Below are positions 47,441 to 56,373 of a stretch of DNA of 64,000 nucleotides, one piece after another. The DNA lies in the NCBI GenBank assembly GCA_947589325.1, contig CANQAM010000009.1, forward strand, positions 195 to 64,194. Reading direction: 5' to 3'. Each line of letters opens with the position of its first letter. Positions within the stretch are counted from its first letter, which is position 1. The position numbers were made by a program, and so were the translations under genes. Under the pieces are notes generated by a model. It saw only the letters and a program-made list of their open reading frames with translations. It was not told where the DNA came from and searched no databases. The stretch comes from an uncultured Bacteroidales bacterium (GTDB lineage Bacteria > Bacteroidota > Bacteroidia > Bacteroidales > UBA11471).

Positions 47441-49342
47441 ATGAACGTTTTTCGCGGCATACTCGGTTTGTCGGCAGGGCTGTTTCTCAGCGCCCCCGCC
47501 ATGGCGCAGTCGCCGATGAAAGACATCGACATGGAGCAGGTGGTGGTAACGGCGACACGCACCCCGAAGCTGCTGAAAGACGCTCCGCTCGTAACCCGTA
47601 TCATCACGCGCGACGACATACGCAAAAGCGACGCTTCGCACGTGGGCGAACTGCTGCAATCGGAACTGCCGGGCATCGAATTTTCGTTTTCGATGAACCA
47701 GCAAACGGCGCTCAATATGTCGGGATTCGACGGCGGCTCGGTGCTCTTTCTCATCGACGGCGAACGGATAGCGGGCGAAACGTTAGACAACGTCGATTAC
47801 AGCCGGCTGAATCTCAACGACGTGGAACGCATCGAAATCGTGAAAGGGGCAGCCTCCGCCCTCTACGGCTCGAATGCCGTAGGCGGAGTGGTGAACATCA
47901 TCACCCGCACGGACAAAGAGAAATGGAACGTCGAAGCCAACGCCCGCTACGGTTCGCACAACGAGCAGCGCTACGGCGGGGCAGTGAGCTTCAATGCCGG
48001 AAAAGTATATAGCCGCACGAATGTGCAATACACCGGCATCGACTCCTACGACCTGCCTGCCGACGGCGATTACAGTCGCATCTACGGAAACCGGACATGG
48101 GATTTCAAAGAGCGGTTGATTTACACGACGAACGAACATCTGAAATTCACGGCGCGGGCAGGCTACTTCTTCCGCGAGCGCGACGCACAAGCCATCGCCA
48201 AAGAGCGATACCGAGATTTCAGCGGAGGGGTAAAGGGTAACTATGTTTTCGGCAGACACGATGCCGAGCTGGCATACACTTTCGACCAGTACGACAAGAG
48301 CGACTACAACCTGTTTACCGAAAAAGACATACGCGATTACAGCAACGTGCAGCACACACTGCGCGCCCTCTACAATTTCCGCATCGGGAAAAAATATACG
48401 CTGACGACGGGCGGCGATTTCATGCGCGACTATCTGTTGAGCTACCAGTTCGCCGAGAACGGAAGCAAGAGCCAATACACCGCCGACATTTTCGCCCAGT
48501 TCGACTGGAATCCTATCGAGAAAATCAACGTGATTGCCGGCGTGCGGTACGACTGGCTGTCGGAGGCGCACCTCCACCACCTGTCGTCGAAAGCGGGCAT
48601 CATGTACAAAACGGGCAACTGCTCCCTGCGCGGCTCTTACGCAGGCGGATTCCGCGCCCCCACGCTCAAAGAAATGTTCATGAACTTCGATATGGCAAAC
48701 CTGTTCATGATTTACGGCAACCCCGACCTGAAAGCCGAATCGAGCCACAACTTTTCGCTCTCCGCCGAATACCTGCGAAGCGGTTGGAACGTGGCGGTTA
48801 CGGGATTTTGCAACCTCGTGGACAACCGCATTTCGACAGCATGGGACAACAGTCGGAACGGTATGCGCTACGTCAATACCTCCGCCCTCAGAATATCGGG
48901 CGCGGAAATGTACGTGTCGATGAAACTGAACTGCGGGGTCGGCGCCCGCCTCTCCTACGCCTACACGCACGAACACGCCAAAGCCGGCGAGCCGATGATT
49001 TCGCCCACCCGCCCCCACACGGCGACCCTGCGCACAGAGTACGGGAAAAGGTGGAAAAACTATTCGTTCGACCTCATACTGAACGGGCGCTGGCTCTCCG
49101 CCGTCGAAGCCGACAAATATACCTCGCTCACCTCACACGACCAAACCGTGCGGCGAAAATACCCTGCCTACACACTCTGGAAACTGACGCTCTCGCAAGA
49201 TATCCGGAAAGGAATACGGGTAACGCTCGCCGTCGATAACCTCTTCAACTACGTGCCGTCGTACTATTATTACAACTCGCCTGCCACCACCGGCACCACA
49301 TTCTACGCCGGCATGTCGCTCGACATCGGCCGATTTTTCTGA
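47441..49342 (+). CDS. hmuR: TonB-dependent outer-membrane receptor (HmuR-like heme receptor)
   Basis: Signal peptide, a plug domain (VVVTATRTPKLLKDAPLVTRIITRDDI, IEIVKGAASALYGSNAVGGVVNIITR) and a terminal aromatic residue (DIGRFF). The start is 1 nt after the hmuY stop. Confidence 0.88.
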   Translation: MNVFRGILGLSAGLFLSAPAMAQSPMKDIDMEQVVVTATRTPKLLKDAPLVTRIITRDDIRKSDASHVGELLQSELPGIEFSFSMNQQTALNMSGFDGGSVLFLIDGERIAGETLDNVDYSRLNLNDVERIEIVKGAASALYGSNAVGGVVNIITRTDKEKWNVEANARYGSHNEQRYGGAVSFNAGKVYSRTNVQYTGIDSYDLPADGDYSRIYGNRTWDFKERLIYTTNEHLKFTARAGYFFRERDAQAIAKERYRDFSGGVKGNYVFGRHDAELAYTFDQYDKSDYNLFTEKDIRDYSNVQHTLRALYNFRIGKKYTLTTGGDFMRDYLLSYQFAENGSKSQYTADIFAQFDWNPIEKINVIAGVRYDWLSEAHLHHLSSKAGIMYKTGNCSLRGSYAGGFRAPTLKEMFMNFDMANLFMIYGNPDLKAESSHNFSLSAEYLRSGWNVAVTGFCNLVDNRISTAWDNSRNGMRYVNTSALRISGAEMYVSMKLNCGVGARLSYAYTHEHAKAGEPMISPTRPHTATLRTEYGKRWKNYSFDLILNGRWLSAVEADKYTSLTSHDQTVRRKYPAYTLWKLTLSQDIRKGIRVTLAVDNLFNYVPSYYYYNSPATTGTTFYAGMSLDIGRFF

Positions 49343-49352
49343 AAATTTCTTC
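49343..49352. repeat. Left copy of the 10-bp direct repeat AAATTTCTTC bounding the AT-rich island
   Basis: It begins at the first base after the hmuR TGA stop and is identical to the 10-mer at 51398-51407. Confidence 0.6.
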
Positions 49353-49628
49353 TTCAACGAGGAAGAATATTAGCGGCCGTTAATAGGCTTATACAATTAA
49401 ATATCAGCGCGATAAACAAAGATAATTTGTTTGTCTAAAATACATTACTCTCACTGAGCGTTGTGAGTATTTACTCATAAAACTACTTTACACTCGTCGG
49501 GTAATTCTATTTTCTTCATATATTCACTTTATTTTTACCATGTAACTGTTTGTATTTTAGCGCATAAATACCAAAAGTCCAAATAGGCATATTTTAATAC
49601 GCTTATTTCGTTTTTATAAATTCTCTAC

Positions 49629-51086
49629 TCAGAGTCCATATATACTTTTAGTTTGATTTAACGTGTTTTCTCCAACAATATAAGCATAGCATGCAACAGG
49701 GATAAAATAAAATTTCTTTCCGTTCCACTCTTTTAATCCAACCTCTTTAATACTTGTTACTAATGCATTACCCATATCGTTTCGATCCATAAAATAATAG
49801 AGAGATTTTAGATTCCCGGGATTGGAGTAGTAATAGTCTGACCACTTTATTTCTACTGCCCAATACGGCTTTTGGCGTGCGATATCCAGACCTACAATAT
49901 CAACTTCGCCCTGCTGTTTGCCTTGCCTCCAATTTGCATATCTGAGTTCAACGCCTTGCCTTGGGAACCATTGGGCATATACAGCTGTTTCAACCATATC
50001 TCCAATCTCACTGTTTAGTTCATTAATCGGCTCGAATAATGCACATCGTAACGATGGATTGGTAAGATATATTTTGAACTGAGTCTCTCTCTGATAGTTT
50101 TTTGCAGTATCATCTGTACGTCTTACGACATGTATGAGAAATGCGGCTTCGAGATATGCAATGTACTTCTTCAATGTTTCTTTCTGTACTCCGGACTCTC
50201 TTGACAGCTTTTCATATGAAAATTGAGCACCGGAATGATAGGCAATCATGGTGAATAAAGAATTGAGTTCTTGCACATCACTTATGCCGTACAAACTCGG
50301 CAAATCTCGAAGTAATACCTTATCAATTATGTCATGACGGATGAATTGCCCGGGATTTTCTTTTATTTTATCTGAAAAAACAACCTCTGGATATCCTCCA
50401 TAATTGATATAGTCCAAAAATAATTCGTTTAATTTATTGATATCAATGGCGCTATAAATACTTGTTGTGGCATTGTTCCAAGCATATTCAACAGGAATCA
50501 TAAGATTGGCATACCCTTTAAGATGGATATACTCATAAAATGTGAGTGGCGGTAAACTGAAATCCGTAAATCTTCCGGCTCCGCTCTCATTGCTTTTCTT
50601 CTTCAATTCCGCTGCTGCTGAGCCCGATGCAATAAATTTAATATTAAGGTAAGCATCAACAAGAGATTTTAATTCCACTTCCCAATTTTTTAGATATTGT
50701 ATCTCGTCATAAAATACATACAGTTGTTCCTTGTTGGTAGTTTTCCCTATAGTGGCGCAGGCTAAGGAGAGAAGTTGTTCCAAATAAATCTTATTATAAA
50801 TCGGAGTCTCCACGGATATGTAAATAATATTCTGTGGAGGGACGCCGTTGTTAATAAGACGCTGTATAGCATGGTACATCAGTACCGTCTTGCCTACACG
50901 ACGAGGGCCCATAAGTATTGTGGCTCGACGAACATCGTTAGCCGCCACCAAAGGGAAAAATATATTCAGGTATAATCTGGGGGACATATTAGAATAGTAA
51001 TCAGGAATGTGCCCTTCTGTCCACCAAGGGTTGTCCACCTTTAATCTTCCGATGATTTGTTTTTCCAACAATTCAGTATATTCCAT
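49629..51086 (-). CDS. AAA+ ATPase (AAA_14-type) with DUF4143 wHTH region and C-terminal PD-(D/E)xK-like nuclease motif
   Basis: Walker A GPRRVGKT, Walker B LYVFYDEIQ, then a DUF4143-like middle region and GEVDIVGLD...YWAVEIKWS (D...E-x-K). The ATG at 51086 (MEYTELLEKQ) is preferred over the track start. Confidence 0.85.
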   Translation of the reverse strand: MEYTELLEKQIIGRLKVDNPWWTEGHIPDYYSNMSPRLYLNIFFPLVAANDVRRATILMGPRRVGKTVLMYHAIQRLINNGVPPQNIIYISVETPIYNKIYLEQLLSLACATIGKTTNKEQLYVFYDEIQYLKNWEVELKSLVDAYLNIKFIASGSAAAELKKKSNESGAGRFTDFSLPPLTFYEYIHLKGYANLMIPVEYAWNNATTSIYSAIDINKLNELFLDYINYGGYPEVVFSDKIKENPGQFIRHDIIDKVLLRDLPSLYGISDVQELNSLFTMIAYHSGAQFSYEKLSRESGVQKETLKKYIAYLEAAFLIHVVRRTDDTAKNYQRETQFKIYLTNPSLRCALFEPINELNSEIGDMVETAVYAQWFPRQGVELRYANWRQGKQQGEVDIVGLDIARQKPYWAVEIKWSDYYYSNPGNLKSLYYFMDRNDMGNALVTSIKEVGLKEWNGKKFYFIPVACYAYIVGENTLNQTKSIYGL

Positions 51087-51397
51087 GTTTAACGTAATTT
51101 TTCGCTGTAAAGATATAAAAATATTCCTCAATTAACAATATTCTATGTGCTTATTTTGCCGGATAATTGAGAAATAAGAGATAATGCAATTTAATAAAGC
51201 AATTTATACAAATGGGGCCCAATGTCTGTAATCCATGATATGATGCCCCTCCCTATGTATAACGATTGATGTCCCATCACATTGACATTTTGTTTGTCCA
51301 ATGTGTTTGTCAATGGTGTGAGACCGTCTCAGACGGTGCGGTTTGTTTGCGTAAATTTCATTGATTATTATAAAATACACTGATAATCAATATTGAT

Positions 51398-51407
51398 AAA
51401 TTTCTTC
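51398..51407. repeat. Right copy of the 10-bp direct repeat AAATTTCTTC
   Basis: Perfect match to 49343-49352. It is located where composition returns to GC-rich. Confidence 0.6.
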
Positions 51408-51475
51408 CACAAAAAAATCGTCCGACAACACGGGCGAACGGCGCCATGTGAATCGGACGATAATTCGGCGAACGG

Positions 51476-51521
51476 GAATCCCTCATAAGCAAAATGTTAA
51501 TCGTTTTTGCTTACGGGATTC
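51476..51521 (-). terminator. Hairpin downstream of the ompA-family gene (possible terminator)
   Basis: GAATCCC...TAAGCAAAA / TTTTGCTTA...GGGATTC forms a composite stem (7 + 9 bp with a small bulge), 27 nt past the stop. The T-tail is weak. Confidence 0.4.
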
Positions 51522-51547
51522 CATGCTGTTCGCCGGTAAGACGGGTA

Positions 51548-52729
51548 CTATTTCGTCGAGAAGACGACGATGCGGTTCCAGTTGTTGTCGTGCGGATAGG
51601 GCTGCGTAGCGCTGCCGCCGGCAACCATCTCTATACGCTCTTTGGGCAAAGCGTACTGTTTGTTGAGCACATCGACGACGGCCTGCGCCCGACGGCGGCT
51701 CAACGCCTCGTTGTATTGCGGAGTTCCCGTATCTTCGTCGGCATAACCGGTTACGACGAGCGTACACTCCTTATGTTCTTTCATATATTGTGCCACGTTG
51801 TAGATGTTCACCATTTCGGCGGGAGCGATTGTCGCACTGTTGAGCGAGAAGCGGACGACCGCCATCAAGTTGCCGCCGCAATGGGGCGTTTCGGCAGGAG
51901 CGGGAGCCGGTACATAAACGACCACCTCTTCGGGTTTGGGCTGCGGACGGTTCTGGCATTCCGACAATTCCTCCCGCAGGGTATTGACACGGTCGTTGAG
52001 CTGTTGGCGGAGCGCCTGCTCGGCGTAAGGATTGTAGGCAAAGAAGCGGTCGCGTCCGAAATTGAAAGTGAAACCGGCGACCAACGAACCGATAGATTCC
52101 ACCTGTCTGCCTTCCCGATGTCCGGAAAAGTTGTTGCCCATAATATTCGCCCTACCTTCGAGAAAAATATCCACATAGTGACAAAGGCGGAAATTCAGAT
52201 TCAGACCGGCAGTAACGGGGAAAAGATACGTGTTGTAACCCGCCATCGAATTTTTGAACGATAACAAACCGCCGGCACCTACAAAGGGACGCACCGAAAC
52301 GACCCGACGCGGGTTGTAGCCGCCTATGGCATTGGTAATGTCCCAAAGAAAATCGCCATACACAGCCACGTAACGGGCGCTCTGTCTGTCGTCGCGGGTC
52401 GGCCACTTTTTCCTCACCTCGCCGCCCATGGCATTGAGCCGTATTGCCAAATAGGGAGAAATCCATTTACCGCCGGCGATGTCGAGCGCCATATTGTACA
52501 TCAGCGTGCCGTGGTGATTGGAGTGCATATAGGTCTGCATACCGGCGCCCACCGACATAAACCAGTTGTCCCGCGCCCGCTTGCTGTAATACTTCGTACC
52601 GTGCACCGGCTGCACCTCCACGATTTCTTCTTCGACGACAAGAGTCTGCGCCGAAGCCTCCGAGTCGAATAAAAGTCCCGTAAACGTCAGGCATACAGCC
52701 GACCACAAAAAACATTTGCTTGTTTTCAT
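51548..52729 (-). CDS. OmpA-family outer-membrane protein (beta-barrel + OmpA_C peptidoglycan-binding domain)
   Basis: Signal peptide, a Gly/aromatic-rich barrel region and a Pro-rich linker (PQPKPEEVVVYVPAPAPAE). OmpA_C motifs are VVTGYADEDTGTPQYNEALSRRRAQAV. Confidence 0.85.
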   Translation of the reverse strand: MKTSKCFLWSAVCLTFTGLLFDSEASAQTLVVEEEIVEVQPVHGTKYYSKRARDNWFMSVGAGMQTYMHSNHHGTLMYNMALDIAGGKWISPYLAIRLNAMGGEVRKKWPTRDDRQSARYVAVYGDFLWDITNAIGGYNPRRVVSVRPFVGAGGLLSFKNSMAGYNTYLFPVTAGLNLNFRLCHYVDIFLEGRANIMGNNFSGHREGRQVESIGSLVAGFTFNFGRDRFFAYNPYAEQALRQQLNDRVNTLREELSECQNRPQPKPEEVVVYVPAPAPAETPHCGGNLMAVVRFSLNSATIAPAEMVNIYNVAQYMKEHKECTLVVTGYADEDTGTPQYNEALSRRRAQAVVDVLNKQYALPKERIEMVAGGSATQPYPHDNNWNRIVVFSTK

Positions 52730-52999
52730 GTCAATTTATCAATTTTTTATTACTCCCCCGGAAACTTTTCCAACGACACGCTTCTCCCCGCGGGAAATAG
52801 AGAAAGTTGTCGCATTCAGCATCTACAACAGAAAAAAGGGGGATTCTGTTCGTTTGCCGGATAAAAGTTTGCCGACAAACAATTTCCGAATAGAAAAACT
52901 TTTCTAAAAATAGCATCGCGCAGAGCGGCTTATCGCGAATATTTCTTAACTTTGCAAACTTCGATTAAAAAACGTTTTCGCAAAGTTCTCAGAATCGGT

Positions 53000-53863
53000 A
53001 TGCAAACGGGCAACAAAATAAAATCGCTTTGGAAGGAATTGCGATTCCGCTACAAGCTCTCCATTTTCAATGAAAATACGCTGGCAATGGTATGGGAAAT
53101 GCGTATTTCGAAATTATCCGCTATACTGATTGCCGTCTTTGCTTCGATATGTATCGGAGCCATTACCATTTCGCTGCTGACGGGCACGCCGCTGCGCCGC
53201 GCCCTGCCGGGCTACATCAGCTCCGACATGCGGGGACAAATCGTGAGCAACGCTCTGTCGGTAGATTCGCTGTCGCGCATCGTAAACATCAACGGGGCGT
53301 ATCTCGACAACATGGCGAATATTCTGTCGGGGCGCATCACGTTCGACTCCATAGACTTGGACAGGAAACAGCCGCTGCTCACTTTCCCCATCGACTCGCT
53401 GCTGCCGGCTTCGACCGCTGCCAAAAGTTTCATGCAGAAATACAAGGAGGAGAGCAAATATTCGCTCGACGTATTCAGCCAGAACGTTGCCGAAAACATC
53501 ATACTCTATCCGCCGGTGAAAGGGCGTACCGTCCGCCGCTTCGACCCGCAGCACGGGCATTACGGCATACGCATCGCCCCCGAACGCAAGTCGGGCGTGG
53601 CAGCGGTGCTCGGCGGCACGGTGATTGCCACCTACCTCTCCATGGAGTTCGGTTACGTGATAGAGGTGCAGCACAGCAACAACTATATATCCATATATTT
53701 ATATAACAGCCAGCTGTTGAAGTCGGTCGGCGACAAAGTGGAGGAGGGCGAAAACATAGCCCTGACCAACGACCGCACCGAAGGAAACAACCGCCCCTTC
53801 GTGGAGTTTCAACTGTGGCACACGGGTATTCCACTCGATCCGTCGGAATATATCCGGTTTTGA
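53000..53863 (+). CDS. LytM/M23-domain protein with degenerate catalytic motifs (likely non-catalytic)
   Basis: One N-terminal TM helix. The M23-like core is GVAAVLGGTVIATY..GYVIEVQHSNNYISIYLYNSQLLKSVGDKVEEGENIA. The HxxxD position reads HYGIR and the HxH position reads VEF. A -7 box TAACTTTG at 52947-52954 supports the ATG at 53000. Confidence 0.75.
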   Translation: MQTGNKIKSLWKELRFRYKLSIFNENTLAMVWEMRISKLSAILIAVFASICIGAITISLLTGTPLRRALPGYISSDMRGQIVSNALSVDSLSRIVNINGAYLDNMANILSGRITFDSIDLDRKQPLLTFPIDSLLPASTAAKSFMQKYKEESKYSLDVFSQNVAENIILYPPVKGRTVRRFDPQHGHYGIRIAPERKSGVAAVLGGTVIATYLSMEFGYVIEVQHSNNYISIYLYNSQLLKSVGDKVEEGENIALTNDRTEGNNRPFVEFQLWHTGIPLDPSEYIRF

Positions 53864-53877
53864 CAGCCGTCGATTTT

Positions 53878-55035
53878 ATGAAAGAAAAAAAACGATTCGC
53901 CATACTCGGTTCCACCGGCTCTATCGGTACGCAAGCCTTGGAAGTGATAGCGGAGCACGCCGACCTGTTCGAGGCATACGCGCTCACGGCGGGGCATAAC
54001 GTCGAATTGCTGATAGAACAGGCGCGGCGGTTCAAGCCCGAAATCGCGGTCATCGCCGACGAGGCGCTCTATCCGCAGCTGCGCGAGGCCCTGCACGACA
54101 TGCCCATAAAAGTGTATGCCGGTGCCGATGCCATAGCGCAGGTGGTGGAAGCCGCCCCTATCGACATGGTGCTGACCGCCATGATGGGATATGCGGGGCT
54201 GTACCCCACGATACGCGCCATCGAGGCGGGCAAGGCGATTGCGCTCGCCAACAAGGAGACGCTCGTGGTGGCAGGCGGGCTGGTAACGCGCCTCGCGCTC
54301 GAACACCGTGTGCCTATCATTCCAGTGGATTCGGAGCACTCCGCGATATTCCAATGCTTGGTGGGCGAGAACAACAGTCCGGTGGAAAAGGTTATACTTA
54401 CGGCATCGGGCGGACCGTTCCGCACGTTCACCGCCGAGGCGTTGAAGCACGTGACGAAAGCCGATGCGCTGAAACACCCGAATTGGAAAATGGGCGCGAA
54501 AATCACCATAGACTCGGCGTCGATGATGAACAAGGGATTCGAGGTCATCGAGGCGAAATGGCTGTTCGGCGTAACGCCGGAACAGGTGGAAGTGGTGGTG
54601 CACCCGCAATCGATCGTACACTCCATGATACAGTTCTGCGACGGAGCGATAAAGGCGCAGCTGGGGCTGCCCAACATGAAGCTGCCCATACAGTATGCGT
54701 TCACCTTTCCGCAGCGGCTGCCCAGCTCCGACCCGAAACCGGAGCTGCGCCACTATGCTGCGCTGACGTTCGAGCAGCCCGACCGCGAAAAATTCCCGCT
54801 GCTCGACTTCGCCTTCGCCGCCATACGGCAGGGCGGCAACATGCCCTGCATACTGAATGCCGCCAACGAGGTGGCAGTCGATGCTTTTCTCCACGACCGC
54901 GTGGCGTTCACGGAGATGCCGCACCTCATCGCCCGCACGATGGAACGGTGTGCCTTCGTCGCCACCCCCGCTTACGACGACTACGTGGCGACCGACGCCG
55001 AAGCGCGCCGCATCGCCCGCGAATTTTTACACTAA
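53878..55035 (+). CDS. dxr: 1-deoxy-D-xylulose-5-phosphate reductoisomerase
   Basis: Motifs: FAILGSTGSIGTQAL, LANKETLV, DSEHSAIFQC and ITIDSASMMNKGFEVIEA. Confidence 0.95.
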   Translation: MKEKKRFAILGSTGSIGTQALEVIAEHADLFEAYALTAGHNVELLIEQARRFKPEIAVIADEALYPQLREALHDMPIKVYAGADAIAQVVEAAPIDMVLTAMMGYAGLYPTIRAIEAGKAIALANKETLVVAGGLVTRLALEHRVPIIPVDSEHSAIFQCLVGENNSPVEKVILTASGGPFRTFTAEALKHVTKADALKHPNWKMGAKITIDSASMMNKGFEVIEAKWLFGVTPEQVEVVVHPQSIVHSMIQFCDGAIKAQLGLPNMKLPIQYAFTFPQRLPSSDPKPELRHYAALTFEQPDREKFPLLDFAFAAIRQGGNMPCILNAANEVAVDAFLHDRVAFTEMPHLIARTMERCAFVATPAYDDYVATDAEARRIAREFLH

Positions 55036-55050
55036 CCGAATACGACCCGT

Positions 55051-56370
55051 ATGGAAACATTTTTGATAAAAGCCGCTCAATTGATGCTCAGCCTCTCGAT
55101 TCTGGTATTCATACACGAATTGGGGCACTTCTTTTTCGCCCGCCTGTTCAAGGTGCGGGTTGAAAAATTCTACCTCTTTTTCGACCCATGGTTTTCGCTG
55201 TTCAAATACAAGCCGAAAAACAGCGACACCGAGTACGGCATCGGGTGGCTGCCGTTGGGCGGATATGTGAAAATCGCCGGCATGATAGACGAGTCGATGG
55301 ACAAAGAACAAATGGCGCAGCCCGAACAGCCGTGGGAGTTCCGCTCGAAACCGGCATGGCAGCGGCTGCTCATCATGACGGCGGGCGTCATCAACAACTT
55401 CATACTCGCCCTCATCATCTACGCCATGATAGCTTTCGTATGGGGCGACACGCGCCTGCCGATGAAAAATATCGGCAGCGGGCTCGTCTACGGCGAAGTG
55501 GCTCACCGCGCCGGATTCGAGGACGGCGACCTGCCCCTCACCGCCGACGGAAAAGAGATATACGACTTCTCGGGCAAAACGATTCGCTCGCTGGCGGAAG
55601 CCCGCGAAGTGGAGGTATCGAGAGGGGGCGAGCGCGTTACGCTGTCGCTGCCCGAAGATTTGATGTTGCAGCTGCTCGCGGCGAACCAGCCGTTTGCCTC
55701 GTGCCGTATGCCGGTCGTGGTGCAAGAGGCCGTAGCGGGCTACGGGGCATACGCCGCCGGTATGCAGGCGGGCGACAGCATCGTCGCCGTCGGGGGCGAG
55801 GCTACTCCCGACTATACCGACTTCACCGCGCAGCTGGCGGCACATCGCGGCGGCGAGGCGCAGATTTCATTCGTGCGCGGCGATACGACGCTCACGCTGC
55901 CCGTCGCCGTCGATGACGCGGGCAAGATAGGCATCGCCCTCGTTCCCGCCACCGCATTCTACCCCACCGAAACGGTGTACTACGGATTTTTCGAGTCGAT
56001 ACCCAAAGGCATTTCCAAAGGGATAACCACGCTTGCCGGATATGTGCACGATTTCAAATACGTCTTTACCAAGGAGGGCGCCAACAGTTTGGGCGGCTTC
56101 GGCACGATAGGCAGCATCTTCCCCGCCACATGGAACTGGGAGGCATTCTGGGAAATGACGGCATTTCTCTCCATCATACTCGCGTTCATGAACATTCTGC
56201 CCATACCGGCGCTCGACGGCGGGCACGTGCTGTTCCTGCTCTACGAGGTGATAGCCCGCCGCAAGCCGAACGAGAAATTTCTGGAATATGCGCAGGTTAC
56301 GGGCATGGTACTGCTGTTCGGACTGCTGATTTACGCCAACCTCAACGACATCATCAGATTCTTTTTCTAA
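55051..56370 (+). CDS. rseP: RIP metalloprotease RseP (site-2 protease, M50)
   Basis: HELGHF zinc motif in TM1, a PDZ region and a C-terminal NILPIPALDGGH motif. Confidence 0.92.
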   Translation: METFLIKAAQLMLSLSILVFIHELGHFFFARLFKVRVEKFYLFFDPWFSLFKYKPKNSDTEYGIGWLPLGGYVKIAGMIDESMDKEQMAQPEQPWEFRSKPAWQRLLIMTAGVINNFILALIIYAMIAFVWGDTRLPMKNIGSGLVYGEVAHRAGFEDGDLPLTADGKEIYDFSGKTIRSLAEAREVEVSRGGERVTLSLPEDLMLQLLAANQPFASCRMPVVVQEAVAGYGAYAAGMQAGDSIVAVGGEATPDYTDFTAQLAAHRGGEAQISFVRGDTTLTLPVAVDDAGKIGIALVPATAFYPTETVYYGFFESIPKGISKGITTLAGYVHDFKYVFTKEGANSLGGFGTIGSIFPATWNWEAFWEMTAFLSIILAFMNILPIPALDGGHVLFLLYEVIARRKPNEKFLEYAQVTGMVLLFGLLIYANLNDIIRFFF

Positions 56371-56373
56371 CCC

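Larger units (their letters stand above)
49343..51407. other. AT-rich compositional island (putative horizontally acquired insertion), single gene
   Basis: G+C is visibly much lower than in both flanks. The shift coincides with the two copies of AAATTTCTTC. No integrase or transposase is present inside. Confidence 0.5.

Noticed and set aside
51245-51255. The 11-mer CCCCTCCCTAT is shared between 51245-51255 and 62380-62390.
   Set aside because: Hundreds of 11-mer coincidences are expected by chance in a 64-kb window. Neither copy has positional or contextual support.
49343-51407. The AT-rich island as a classical IS, transposon or integrative element.
   Set aside because: There is no transposase, integrase or recombinase ORF, no terminal inverted repeats matching each other and no adjacent tRNA. 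Only the direct repeat and the composition support foreign origin, so it is reported as an island and not as a defined mobile element.
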